DNA from: Cladosporium halotolerans
Lineage: Eukaryota
Length of the DNA stretch: 64,000 bases
Direction: 5' to 3'
Assembly: GCF_011745625.1 (NCBI RefSeq)
Contig: NW_027191482.1
Location: 62,001 to 126,000 of the forward strand
The translations under genes were made by a program, and so were the position numbers. Shown in pieces: positions 12,178-22,449 of this stretch. The stretch's first letter is position 1; each line of letters opens with the position of its first letter. Below the pieces are notes generated by a model that was given only the letters and a program-made list of their open reading frames with translations, did no database searches and had not been told where the DNA came from.

Positions 12178-12829
12178 ATGGGATCAATTGAGCAAATAGG
12201 ACGTCTTGAGTTGGGCAAAGTGAACCAAACCCAATCTACACCGCTACATCCAATATACTGACAAACCTACCTCCCCAAAGGACGCCCACATGACTTTCCA
12301 CCGCGACCTCTCCAAACCCCCCGACCACCCCGAACACCACTTCTCCTTCACCGTCTGCTCCGGCTCCTCCTCCGACTCCCTCGCCCTGCAAGTCCCCAAG
12401 CACTGGCACAAGCACCACGACGAGTACATGCAGTGCGTCGCCGGCGAGATCGAAGTCCACCTCGACGGCGAGACCTTCATCGCCAAAGCCGGCGACCCCA
12501 CGATCTTCATCGAGCGGCGCAGAGTCCACGGCTTCAAGTTTGCCAAGGGCCAGAGGGTCGTGCTGAAGGAGATGACCCGGCCCACGGGCGAGTTCAAGCA
12601 GCGGTTTTTCGAGGACGTTTTCACGGAGGCGGGGTTCTGGGGCGCGATGAGAGGGTTTGCGGATGGGGATACGTATTTGGCCCTGCCGGTGCCCGGGTGG
12701 CTGAGGTGGCTGGATGAGGTTTACATGTTTGTTATGGGGCTTTTGGCTGTGTTGGTCTATCCGAGGAAGGGGCTGAGGCCGGAGTCTAGGGCGGCGGTTG
12801 TTGGGGATGAAGAGAAGAAGGAATTATGA
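12178..12829 (+). CDS. Cupin-domain protein
   Basis: VPKHWHKHHDEYMQCVAGEIEV...FIERRRVHGF cupin motifs. Upstream exon 12178-12219 joins through intron 12220-12280 (GTGAAC...CTGAC...AAG). Confidence 0.75.
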
Positions 12830-13481
12830 GGTTAAGCCTGCAGACAAGGAGAGTATCTGAGTCCTTGGTTTCCAAAGTAGGTACTGGATAAAGCCTTCGA
12901 TAGCACGCCTGAAATTGAGCTAAACTCGCCCTTTACATGGCGCTGTGTTGGTCATGCGCCAAAAATGAGGCTGGCTCACGGTGCTTACAGTCCCGTTGCG
13001 TTGGTCATATCGGAGGGACCGTCCTAAACTTGAATGTTTGACCGACGCGTTGTTGAAGTCATCACTAGCGCGTTCGATTCTCATGACCTTCACCCATGAG
13101 ATTTGCCTGCGCAGGACAGCATGGAGTTGAATGGGCAGACCACGAGGAGTGTAGGAAGTCTAAGTTAGGGTTCGGCAGGGAACTCCCGAAGCGTGAACCC
13201 TGTCCGATGATGGAGCCCGCTGATGCCGTAACCGGTTGTGAAGTCGTTTCGCGCCTCGATGATAAACGCTCACTTTTTGACTTTCACTCCCTTCGACTCT
13301 CTCCAACACCTGAATAGCGGCTATCGCAGAACGGCAAGACTCTCTTTCCTGAATCGACATCTCACCTACCCATACGTCTTCTGCTGGCCGCATCTGCCCT
13401 ACACGCCCACCTACCAGAACCGCTCGCGTGCACCCAGTCACACCTGAGTTTCGAGGAAGCGCGAAGCGCCGAATCGCCAAA

Positions 13482-14095
13482 ATGCTGAAGATATGGAGCA
13501 TGAAGCAGCAGCAGCAGAAGAATGAGGCGGCATCAGGGCAGGCAAAGAAGAAGAAGGTCACCGCGGCGCAACTGCGTGTCCAGAAGGGTGAGTCGCGATC
13601 TACCTTACGCCTGTGTCAGATCACTGGACGGCGCTGACAAACCTCGCAGATCTCTCAGAACTCTCGCTCCCGGGCACGATGAAGACCACCTTTCCCAACC
13701 CCGACGACATTTTGAACTTCACGCTCACCATCACGCCCGACGAGGGCCTCTACAAGGGCGGCCAGTTCAACTTCTCCTTCGCCATCAGCCAGAACTTCCC
13801 CCACGAGCCGCCCAAGGTCAAGTGCAAGGAGAAAATCTACCACCCGAACATCGACCTCGAAGGCAACGTGTGCCTCAACATCCTGCGCGAGGACTGGAAG
13901 CCCGTGCTCAACCTCAACGCCGTCGTCGTCGGCCTGCAATTCCTCTTCCTCGAGCCCAACGCCAGCGACCCGCTCAACAAGGACGCCGCCAACGACCTGA
14001 TGTCCGACCGCGACCGCTTCCGCAGGAACGTGCGCTCGTCCATGGGCGGCGGGCAGGTGAAGGGCGAGTCTTTCGACCGGGTGCTGCTGAAGTAG
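13482..14095 (+). CDS. UBC12: NEDD8/Rub1-conjugating E2 enzyme
   Basis: MLKIWSMKQ...[15 protein letters not shown]; intron 13588-13649; catalytic region [24 protein letters not shown]. Confidence 0.96.
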
Positions 14096-14476
14096 GAGAT
14101 TGTCTGGGTTTGGACATTTGGGGCTGGGCGGAAGATTTCGGAGGGTCTGATGGCGGCGGGGCCGTGTATATGAGAAGAACGATACCATGCTTTATGCATC
14201 ACGGCGGGTTTCATGGGGGAGTGGATAAGGGTGCATACCAGGCGTTTTGTCGCTCATACTTGCAAGGAGCGAGCGTTTCGCGTCGAGCGACTTGAGCAGC
14301 AGCACGATTGCCGAGAGACACTTTGTGGTTTCATGTGCATACGTGGTTCCTAGAATAGAATATTTTGCTTTTTTATTTCATTGCAGCGATACCATATTAC
14401 GAAGCAACACTATTCCACGAGTGCATTCCCATCCCATATATTGTAATCCTGAATCCGAAGCCGCCCTAGCCGTGAT

Positions 14477-15700
14477 TCACAAATCCTGGAAAGAAGCGGT
14501 GTTGTACAAGTGTTTGTTCGTCGTCTCCAGCACCTCGAGCGTCGAGCCAACCTGAATGATCCCCTCGTTCTTAGGCACACAGAGCATGCCAAAGCACGGT
14601 TTATACTTCGCCGGGCCGCCCTGGTCGACGCGGCGGAACTTCATCAGCACATCCCAAGGCTGCTTGGGATGCTTCTCGGCCGTGTCGGGGTTGACATTGG
14701 GCACCTGGCACCTGGCGCAGCGAGCGACGACGTCCAGGTCGAGCTTGAACAGCATCTCGCGGTCCGGCAGGCTGGTCGTGATCCGCACGCGCTTCCACGT
14801 GTCTTCCTCCCAGGGCTTGTCGTCGCGGCCGCGCACGATGATGTTCGGCCTGAAGCGCTCGATGGTCAGGGCTTCGGTGTCGGGAACCTCCTTCAGGCGA
14901 CGGTTGAGGTCCTTGAGCGAGGCTTCGGACGCCACCTGCAGGCTCATGACGTCCGCGAAGTGGTGTTCCTGCGTGCGGCCGTAGAGCTCTTCGCGGCCGT
15001 TGACGGCGATGTTGCGCGGCTGAGGACCCTTGTAGACCAGAGCGACCTCCATGTTGAAGAACTTGGAGAAAACGGAGTTGATTTCGTCGCTGTACTCGTA
15101 GGCGTCGGTGCCTTGCTCCCAGATCTCGACGTCGCTGAGCTTGGTATTTTCCTTCAGCCATTCCTTGGTGGGGAAAGCAGGGACGATGACGCTGGCGTCT
15201 GTGCCATGGACGGAGATCTCGAGCTGCGTCTTGTTGTCTTTCTCGATGATGGCTGTGTCGATGAGGGTCATGGCCGGGTTGGACCGGATCGTCATGAACT
15301 TCCTGTCCGACTTTGAGATAAACATCCAGTTGCGATCCAGCAGAAGGCCGGTCTTGCGAAGGCGAGTCTCATCCACTTCAATGCCTCGACAGGATTTGAT
15401 GGGGTAGATGCGCATAGAGACGATTTCCGTTGGAGGCGGGATTGGTGGCGAACCGGGTTTGTCCACGATTCCTGAGCTGGCTCCAAGGGTGGCATTTGGA
15501 CGATTCGGATCTTCTTCTGGCCCAGAAGTCAACTGAGCGTAGATGACGATGGCGACGAGACCCGCGAACACGGTGAACATCATAATGCCCGACAGGTTTG
15601 CGAGGTCGTTGAGGTTGTTATAATCGAAGTTGCGGACCCATTTGACGAAAGCAGCCGGAGTGATAGACCGAATGTCGTCCATGAGGCGTTGAACGTCCAT
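14477..15700 (-). CDS. MOSC-domain (mARC-like) molybdenum cofactor protein with N-terminal membrane anchor
   Basis: IYPIKSCRG, DRNWMF, ERFRPNIIV, WEEDTW and CARCQVPNVNPDT motifs; hydrophobic segment near the N-terminus. Confidence 0.9.
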   Translation of the reverse strand: MDVQRLMDDIRSITPAAFVKWVRNFDYNNLNDLANLSGIMMFTVFAGLVAIVIYAQLTSGPEEDPNRPNATLGASSGIVDKPGSPPIPPPTEIVSMRIYPIKSCRGIEVDETRLRKTGLLLDRNWMFISKSDRKFMTIRSNPAMTLIDTAIIEKDNKTQLEISVHGTDASVIVPAFPTKEWLKENTKLSDVEIWEQGTDAYEYSDEINSVFSKFFNMEVALVYKGPQPRNIAVNGREELYGRTQEHHFADVMSLQVASEASLKDLNRRLKEVPDTEALTIERFRPNIIVRGRDDKPWEEDTWKRVRITTSLPDREMLFKLDLDVVARCARCQVPNVNPDTAEKHPKQPWDVLMKFRRVDQGGPAKYKPCFGMLCVPKNEGIIQVGSTLEVLETTNKHLYNTASFQDL

Positions 15701-16301
15701 GATTACTGATGTTCTCCTTCTCGGCGTGTGGTAGGTGTAAGGAGAGCGCTGTAATGTGCAGCCACAAGCAATCAGCAAAATCGTGTGGCTTTTCTAGTGA
15801 ATACCGCTACGGCCCAATGGATGACGGAGGCGTGAATAGCAGTGATGTTAACGGCTTTCCGACACCAATGCGCCTTGCTCGCTGCCTTTAATAGAAGTCA
15901 GCGGCGAGATGTCTAAAAGAAGCGTTCGCGAGCGAGATGGTGGGTGCGTGGGAGTCTGGAGAATCCAAGTGGGGTGAAACGCCTGTGCACGGACGCGCGA
16001 GAGACGCGCTACGACCGTTCCAGGCGGTCATGAAGGCAATATGTCTCTGCTCCCTACGCGCCGTCTTTTCGTTGCCAAACGGAATGCTTTCACCATCGAG
16101 AGGCTCTTTTGTATTGACAGCGTTGAATATCCTAAGATTACGCTGCCCTATGTAACCTTGTGGCATAGTGATCGCAAGTTGTGATCGGACCGCATAATCG
16201 CTAGTGCGGGCAGCAGAAAGCAAGAGAATCCTGTGCTGTTGCTCCATGTTCTAGAGCACCGTTTAGTCCATCTGTGCACCATTTCTCGTCAGCATCCGAA
16301 A

Positions 16302-17095
16302 ATGGCCGCTGCAGACGCTACCACCCCGAAGGTCTTCCTGATCAGACACGGCCAGACCGAGTGGTCTCAGAATGGCAGATACACTGGCACCACAGACATT
16401 CCTCTGACGAGCCACGGTGAAGATCAAATCAAGGCTACAGCTCAACTCGTCTATGGCAAGGGCCGACTCATCGATCCGAGTAAAGTCATCAATGTCTTCC
16501 TTTCTCCGAGAAAGCGTGCAATTAAGACCTACGAGCTGCTGTCCGGCCAAACGGAGGGCTATGAGGTGACGGAGAATCTCGCTGAGTGGAATTATGGGTA
16601 TGTGAGTCTTCTCGCGGGTTGCTTCGAGATTGATGCTAATGCGATTACATAAGAGACTATGAAGGACGTGTAACCAAAGAGATCAGGGCATTGCGCAAGG
16701 AACGCGGCCTCGACACTGAGAAGGAATGGGACATTTGGCGAGATGGTTGCGAAGGTGGCGAGTGAGTCATGATTCAGTCTGCCAACACATAGACAAGTTT
16801 GCTCACAAGCACTAGATCTCCCGGAGAGCTCGCTGCTCGTCTTGACGTCCTGATCGAGAAGATCCGGACCATTCAAGGGCCGCATATGCACGACAGTGAA
16901 CCCAAGGACATTGTGCTTGTTGCACACGGCCACACTACGCGAGCCTTCGCAAAGCGCTGGTTGGGCTACGACCTTTCCTTCCCTCTCAGTTTGATGATGG
17001 AACCTGGTGGTGTAGGAATCCTCAGCTACCAGCACAACAACATTAAAGAGCCAGCCTTGTTGCTGGGAATTGGCTTTCCGCTCCAGGAATCGTAA
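16302..17095 (+). CDS. Histidine phosphatase / phosphoglycerate mutase family, sedoheptulose-1,7-bisphosphatase (SHB17)-like
   Basis: LIRHGQTEWSQNGRYTG, EWNYGDYEG, WDIWRDGCEGGE and LVAHGH motifs; introns 16598-16653 and 16762-16815. Confidence 0.88.
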
Positions 17096-17344
17096 GTAGA
17101 CTAGAAAGCTCTCATACATGGATGGAGATGTCCAGAGCTGTCCTTGATAGACAAGAATAGAATGAGAAAGTTTGAGGAAGACTCCAACTTGCGCAGTGAT
17201 GCAAATAAATCATTAGCTTTTACAGCTCGTCTCGTGAAGTCATGCAAACCACCCTTCAGCCGCTCGTGCTTTAACGCTCCATTTATGCTTTATTATTCGA
17301 CGAAGATGGCAAAAAGATTCTGCTCAGTCCAGTGATGAATTTAC

Positions 17345-17986
17345 TCAGTATGGTTCCGGGATGGCTTCGTAGTCGTCCTCAGGTGGCAGGAGGAAGGATG
17401 CTGAAACAACACCCACAGCGTCGAAGAGCATTACAATCCAGCTGACCGTGCAAAGAATCCAAGACTTGTCCAGCGCCCAGCCAACAAAGAAGCGGTTGTC
17501 GTGGTCATACAGGTAGGCCTGGGTATATTTGTCAGTGTCTGACCCTTGATTCCCCATCATGCTTCCTCTAATACGTACCACCAGTGTCATTGCGACAAGC
17601 TGCGCCGCCGCGACAACCATGATCATCGGCGACAAGATCTTCCACCCGATCTCTCGTGTTCCTCTACCTCCTACCAGAATTACAACATATGCGACCAGGA
17701 TAGCGACTTCGAAGATCACGCCAAAGTTCATCAAGAAGCCCGTGCTCCTCCACATGCTGCAGAAAGACCGGTCGTCCCCATGGCAGTCTTGGTCTTGCGG
17801 AAAGGGTGTACACTGCCCCGTTATGCTCGAACATCTCTTATGCAGGCCATAAGAAACTCGTATGGGATCGTTGTCGGTAGGAGACGTGTAGCTGATCCAG
17901 TTGGGCAAGGCGATAGCCGCGATGGTGCAGGCAACCGCGCCCAGGTACACCCAGAGGGAGATGCCGTATACGATGCGCCTGGTCAT
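17345..17986 (-). CDS. Four-TM claudin-like (PMP22/SUR7/PalI superfamily) membrane protein
   Basis: Four hydrophobic segments and a W...YGLHKRC...C extracellular motif; probable 60-nt intron 17519-17578. Confidence 0.7.
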   Translation of the reverse strand: MTRRIVYGISLWVYLGAVACTIAAIALPNWISYTSPTDNDPIRVSYGLHKRCSSITGQCTPFPQDQDCHGDDRSFCSMWRSTGFLMNFGVIFEVAILVAYVVILVGGRGTREIGWKILSPMIMVVAAAQLVAMTLVVRIRGSMMGNQGSDTDKYTQAYLYDHDNRFFVGWALDKSWILCTVSWIVMLFDAVGVVSASFLLPPEDDYEAIPEPY

Positions 17987-18347
17987 GGTCGCGGTCTGAT
18001 TTTTCGGAGCCCTCGCAAAAAGTACTTCTCAAGGGCGTGTTGCCGTGCTGTTGGTGCTAGTGACAGGCCAACCCGTGGCAGGCAGCTCCCATACCTTGGA
18101 CGCGACACCCATGTCGTCAGTCTTGGCGCTTGACGACTCCCACGTGCAGCCGTCGCTGCCGCTTCCCCCACGCGATGATCGGAGATAAGTGACTCCTACG
18201 CTGCGAATGGAGACCGAACTCAATGTCATATTTGTAGAATGTTCTAGCGATTACACGTCCTTTGACATTTGTACATAACAAAACTTCTACTGCTCACAGT
18301 GAATCCTGATCCTTTTGCCGTACAAGGGAAAATCCAGAAAGTGAAAG

Positions 18348-19658
18348 ATGGCCGCTTTATCAACATGCCCTCCAGTCAATCGGACGTCGGTGCAAGAAGC
18401 CCACAAACGTATTGAGAAATACATTCACCGAACACCAACCGTGACCTGCGAGACCTTGAATCGAATCGCATCGACGCCAGAGTCACAGCGGTGTCCAACA
18501 ACCGGCCCGAATGTAGCTGCCGAGCCTGCTCCTCATACCAACGGCGTCCAGGGCGATGCTTCCAAATTCAAAGCCAACCCAAAAGTCAGGCTTTTCTTCA
18601 AGTGTGAGAACCAGCAGAAGATCGGTGCCTTCAAAGCGAGAGGTGCCTTCCACGCTCTGGGTCGATTGATCGAAGAAGAGGGCATTGAGAATGTCAGGCA
18701 GAAAGGTGTCACGACACATAGCAGTGGTGAGTGAACTCAGCCAGTAGGAGTAATTCGAGTAGGACCTGACTTGTGTCTTCCAGGAAATCATGCCCAAGCC
18801 TTAGCTCTAGCAGCGAAAACGCACAACGTCCCCGCCCACATCGTCATGCCCACCATCTCCACCCCGTCCAAAATCGCCGGGACCAAATCCCACGGCGCCA
18901 ACGTCATCTTCTCCGGATCAACGAGCGACGAGCGCGAAGCCGTCGTAGCAGATGTTATCAAGAAGACCGGCGCAACCCTAGTGCCGCCCTACGACCACCC
19001 GGACATCATTCTCGGCCAAGGAACGCAAGCGCTGGAGCTCGAGCAGCAGGCCGCAGACCTAATCGCCGCAGACTCCACGCTGAGTATTCCGGGAAAGAAA
19101 GGCCTAGATGCCGTGATCGCTCCCATCGGCGGCGGCGGCATGCTCTCTGGTATCTGCGCGGCGCTGCACGGCACTGGCATCAAAGTCTTCGGCGCGGAGC
19201 CCAATTTCGAAGGAGCAAACGACGCAGAGATCGGCTTGCATCAGGGTAAGCGCGTGGAGAAGGTGAAAACGCTAACGATCGCGGACGGTCTGAGGACTCC
19301 CGTTGGCGAGATCCCCTGGTCGATCATCACGGACAAGTCGAAGTTGGCGGGCATCTACAGCGTCGACGAGGAGCAGATCAAAGCGGCGTTGAGGCTGGCT
19401 ATGGAGCGGGCGAAGCTTTTCATCGAGCCTTCTGCTGCCGTGCCGCTTGCGGTGATGCTGTATAATGAAGACTTTAGGCGGCTGGTTGAGCGTGAGGCGG
19501 GGCCTGAGGGGTGGAACGTTGGTATCATTCTGTCAGGCGGCAATACGACGGTTGATGCGATTGCGAAGATGTTCGCAGCGCCTCCTAAGGTTGAGGAGCG
19601 AGCGAACGCAACGCGTGGCGCTCAGGGCGAGAAAGTAGCGGAAAACGTGGCGGGTTAA
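18348..19658 (+). CDS. PLP-dependent serine racemase / threonine dehydratase family (SRY1-like)
   Basis: KCENQQKIGAFKARGA (PLP lysine), HSSGNHAQ across intron 18727-18783, PIGGGGMLSG, TIADGL, EPSAA, SGGN. Confidence 0.9.
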
Positions 19659-19766
19659 AAGCCAACAGAAATGTACAGAGATATAATGTCGAATACGTAT
19701 ACCTTCAAATGCCCGCCTGCCAACTCCGGTCCCAATGTGCTTTTCATGTACACAAAATTGAATGTC

Positions 19767-22449
19767 TTAGAATCCCCGAGCATATATGGCCATGGTCGAT
19801 GCTGACGAATTGCCACACGCTCCGCTGACTCCACCTGATAAGGCGCCCCCAATGCAAGGGTAACAGTTGTTGTCTCCTGCATTACCGGTGACGGAGCTAC
19901 CCCCTAAAATGCCAGAGACACTGGTGGTTGGTCAGCAATCCACGCAATGGTCGAACATTTGTGCCAATTTGAAAGGTCATAGGTTGCACCTACACGGTCA
20001 CATATGCGATTTGATTGCCGCACCACTGGATCGCAAATTTAAGTCAGCGCCCAAACTGCTAGAGATGACATTGGGCTACCGCACGCATTCCACAGTAGTA
20101 CTGCCGACGTTTAAAGTGCCGAAGTAGATCGTGCCTTGACCAAGGCAGGCTGCGCTGCACTTGCTGTTGGCCAATGTCGGATACGAAGTTTGATAAGCGG
20201 GTAACGCTCGACCGCTGGTGACGGATGGTGACCCGGTATGAACATAGCATCCCAAATAGCCATAAATATTCTGAGGAGAAGCCGAAGCTCCTGGAGGGCC
20301 GGAGGGGCGTAGGGAACTTGTCAGTAAGAGGGAGACAATGCCGACTCGAGCGTTACTTATCTGAAGGACCCTGAGCGGATATTAGCTAGGTTATTTATCA
20401 TCTCATTCGGTCCTGAAGTCCTGATGCAATACCCAGAGACCTTATGGAGTGCCATTTCCGTAACCAGCGATCACATGTGGCAATACGTGATTGATGTAGA
20501 AAAATGAGCAGCTTACCGTCGCACCTTGAATCCCTTGCACTCCTTGAGTCCCTGTCGGGCCTGTCGGGCCAAATGGTCCAGACGGCCCTGCTACACCTTG
20601 AGGGCCCTGCGATCCCGGTAGACCTTGAGTGCCTGTCGGGCCCGGCGGGCCATTTGGTCCCGTTACTCCAGTGGCTCCAGTCTCTCCTTGGATACCCTGA
20701 GTTCCTTGCGGGCCTTGTAGACCTTGAGCTCCCTGAACTCCCTGAATACCTGTCGGCCCTGTAGGTCCTGGTGGTCCAGACGGTCCAGTCATTCCCGCTG
20801 CTCCAGTAGGCCCGATATTTCCTTGCGCGCCCTGCGCTCCTTGTAGACCTTGAGTGCCTGTAGGGCCGGGCGGTCCAGTTGGCCCCGTTGCTCCAGTCGC
20901 TCCGGTATCGCCTTGTATACCCTGAGCTCCTTGTGGACCTTGTGTTCCCTGAACTCCCTGCGTGCCTGTTGGCCCTATCGGCCCAGTCGCTCCAGTCTCG
21001 CCTCGAGGTCCAGTTGGCCCCGCTGGCCCAGTCTCTCCCTGCACTCCTTGAGGTCCCTGTGCACCTTGCAGTCCTTGAGAACCCGTAGGTCCAGGTACGC
21101 CTGTAGCCCCAGTCGGTCCTGTGGCGCCCGTCGCAGTGGGTCCAGTTTCTCCTTGTGGTCCCTGAGGTCCTTGTACACCCTGCAATCCTTGAGAGCCCGT
21201 AGGCCCTGCTGCTCCGGTGGCACCCGTAGGTCCAGTGTCCCCTTGAGGTCCTTGTATACCTTGCAATCCTTGCGGCCCAGTTGCTCCAGGTACGCCTGTG
21301 GCTCCAGTGGGTCCAGCCGGCCCTGTTTCGCCCGTGGCGCCGCTGGAACCTGTCTCGCCTCTAGGTCGTGGTGTCTGTTAGATTCGCCCTCGAAGCAACG
21401 AAAGATGAGCGTGACTTATCTGTTTCGCCGGTGGGGCCCTGGCTTGTGTTAGCGGTCTCTTGATTGAGGGAGTTTGTGCTTCAAGGTTACTTACGATTGG
21501 GCCTGAAGGGCTGCGATGTGTACAAGTTAGCAGATAGTTCGCTCGAAGGCCATTTATAAGACCACTAACCCGGATGGGCCGGTCGGACCGGTGCTGCCTG
21601 GGGTCCGTGGTGAGAGTCAGCTTGGTCTGTTCCGTTTTTTGCCTTTCTCTCGGCCGACTTATCTTGCGGTCCAGTGATCGTAGCGAACGAAATCGCCTGA
21701 CAAGACGAGACGGAGAACAGCGACAGCGAGATGAAAAGACAACCCTCCGGCTGCGCGTCTTGCATGAAAACCGCAAACACCGTGCCGTTTTTCATTGCAC
21801 AAAAGCTAGCCTGGCCGTTGTAAAATGCCTCGTTCTGCCATTGCAGCAGCGCGTTCGAGCCGATGGTGAATGTCGTCGTGATCGATCCGGGGACAGTGCT
21901 GGGCACGAACATGGCAGCTCCGACGCCTTCTGATGTTGAGTATGTGTACACGACGCCGTCTAGGGTGGCTGTGAGAACACCGTTTCTGGCTGTGTATATG
22001 GGTGATGTTGTGCAGTCGTTTGTGATCGTGCCGTTGCTGCTGACGAAGTAGCTGCCTGATTGGCGCTTTTGGTTTCTTTGATGTTCCATTGCGATGAGGA
22101 CGAAGACTTCGTCTGAGTGCGTTGGACTTGGTGGGACCTCGCTTATAAACGACGCTTTTGTAGATACCATAGTGTTGCCTTGGTTTGGGAAAGTCGATGT
22201 CCATCGTAATGTGGTGATGCCATTGATGCTTGTTGGCGCGTTTGTGACTGTGATCGCGGCATCGGAGAATGGATAAAACGTCGTATTCAGTAACACGTCT
22301 GTATTCACGGATACCGGCTGCTCGTAGACCACTCTTCGAACAGGCGGTATTCCAGAGAAACAAGCTGACTGTGAGTGAACTGGAGCTGGCGAAATCAGTA
22401 ATGCTCCCAAAAACGCCAGCAAGAAACGTTGTAGTCTTCGTGACCTCAT
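19767..22449 (-). CDS. Secreted collagen-like protein with C-terminal WSC domain (about 709 aa, 9 exons)
   Basis: Exons on minus: 22449-21663, 21606-21570, 21510-21495, 21438-21420, 21367-20517, 20370-20361, 20308-20085, 20025-19994, 19920-19767 (2130 nt, open). Signal peptide; globular N-domain; about 107 Gly-X-Y triplets; then YLGCY...KCSAAC...YFG...ECWCG...NCYPC...ACG (8 Cys, WSC pattern). Confidence 0.8.
20309..20360 (-). other. AT-AC intron (U2-type), 52 nt
   Basis: TCA G|ATAAGT...ACTGAC AAGTTCCCTAC|GC CCC TCC GGC restores GPS-GPS-GPP and leads into the WSC exon. Confidence 0.72.
20517..21367 (-). repeat. Coding collagen (Gly-X-Y)n tandem repeat
   Basis: About 94 triplets in this exon. 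GXT/GXP blocks alternate with GXQ blocks; a single interruption (GPT-AT-GAT). Confidence 0.95.
21368..21419 (-). other. AT-AC intron (U2-type), 52 nt
   Basis: ACA G|ATAAGT...TCTAAC AGACACCAC|GA CCT AGA GGC restores GET-GPR-GET. The first usable AG downstream (TAG) is out of frame. Confidence 0.75.
21607..21662 (-). other. AT-AC intron (U2-type), 56 nt
   Basis: CAA G|ATAAGT...GCTGAC TCTCACCAC|GG ACC CCA GGC restores GPQ-GTP-GST. Confidence 0.7.

Noticed and set aside
20500..21370. Periodic repeat that might be taken for a CRISPR array or satellite
   Set aside because: It has 9-nt codon periodicity encoding Gly-X-Y, with no constant repeat/unique spacer structure, in a eukaryotic context.
20309..21662. 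ATAAGT donors as RIP-damaged GT donors
   Set aside because: The context is G|A rather than TpG-to-TpA, the gene keeps many CAA/CAG codons with no stops, and each donor is paired with an AC at branch-point distance.
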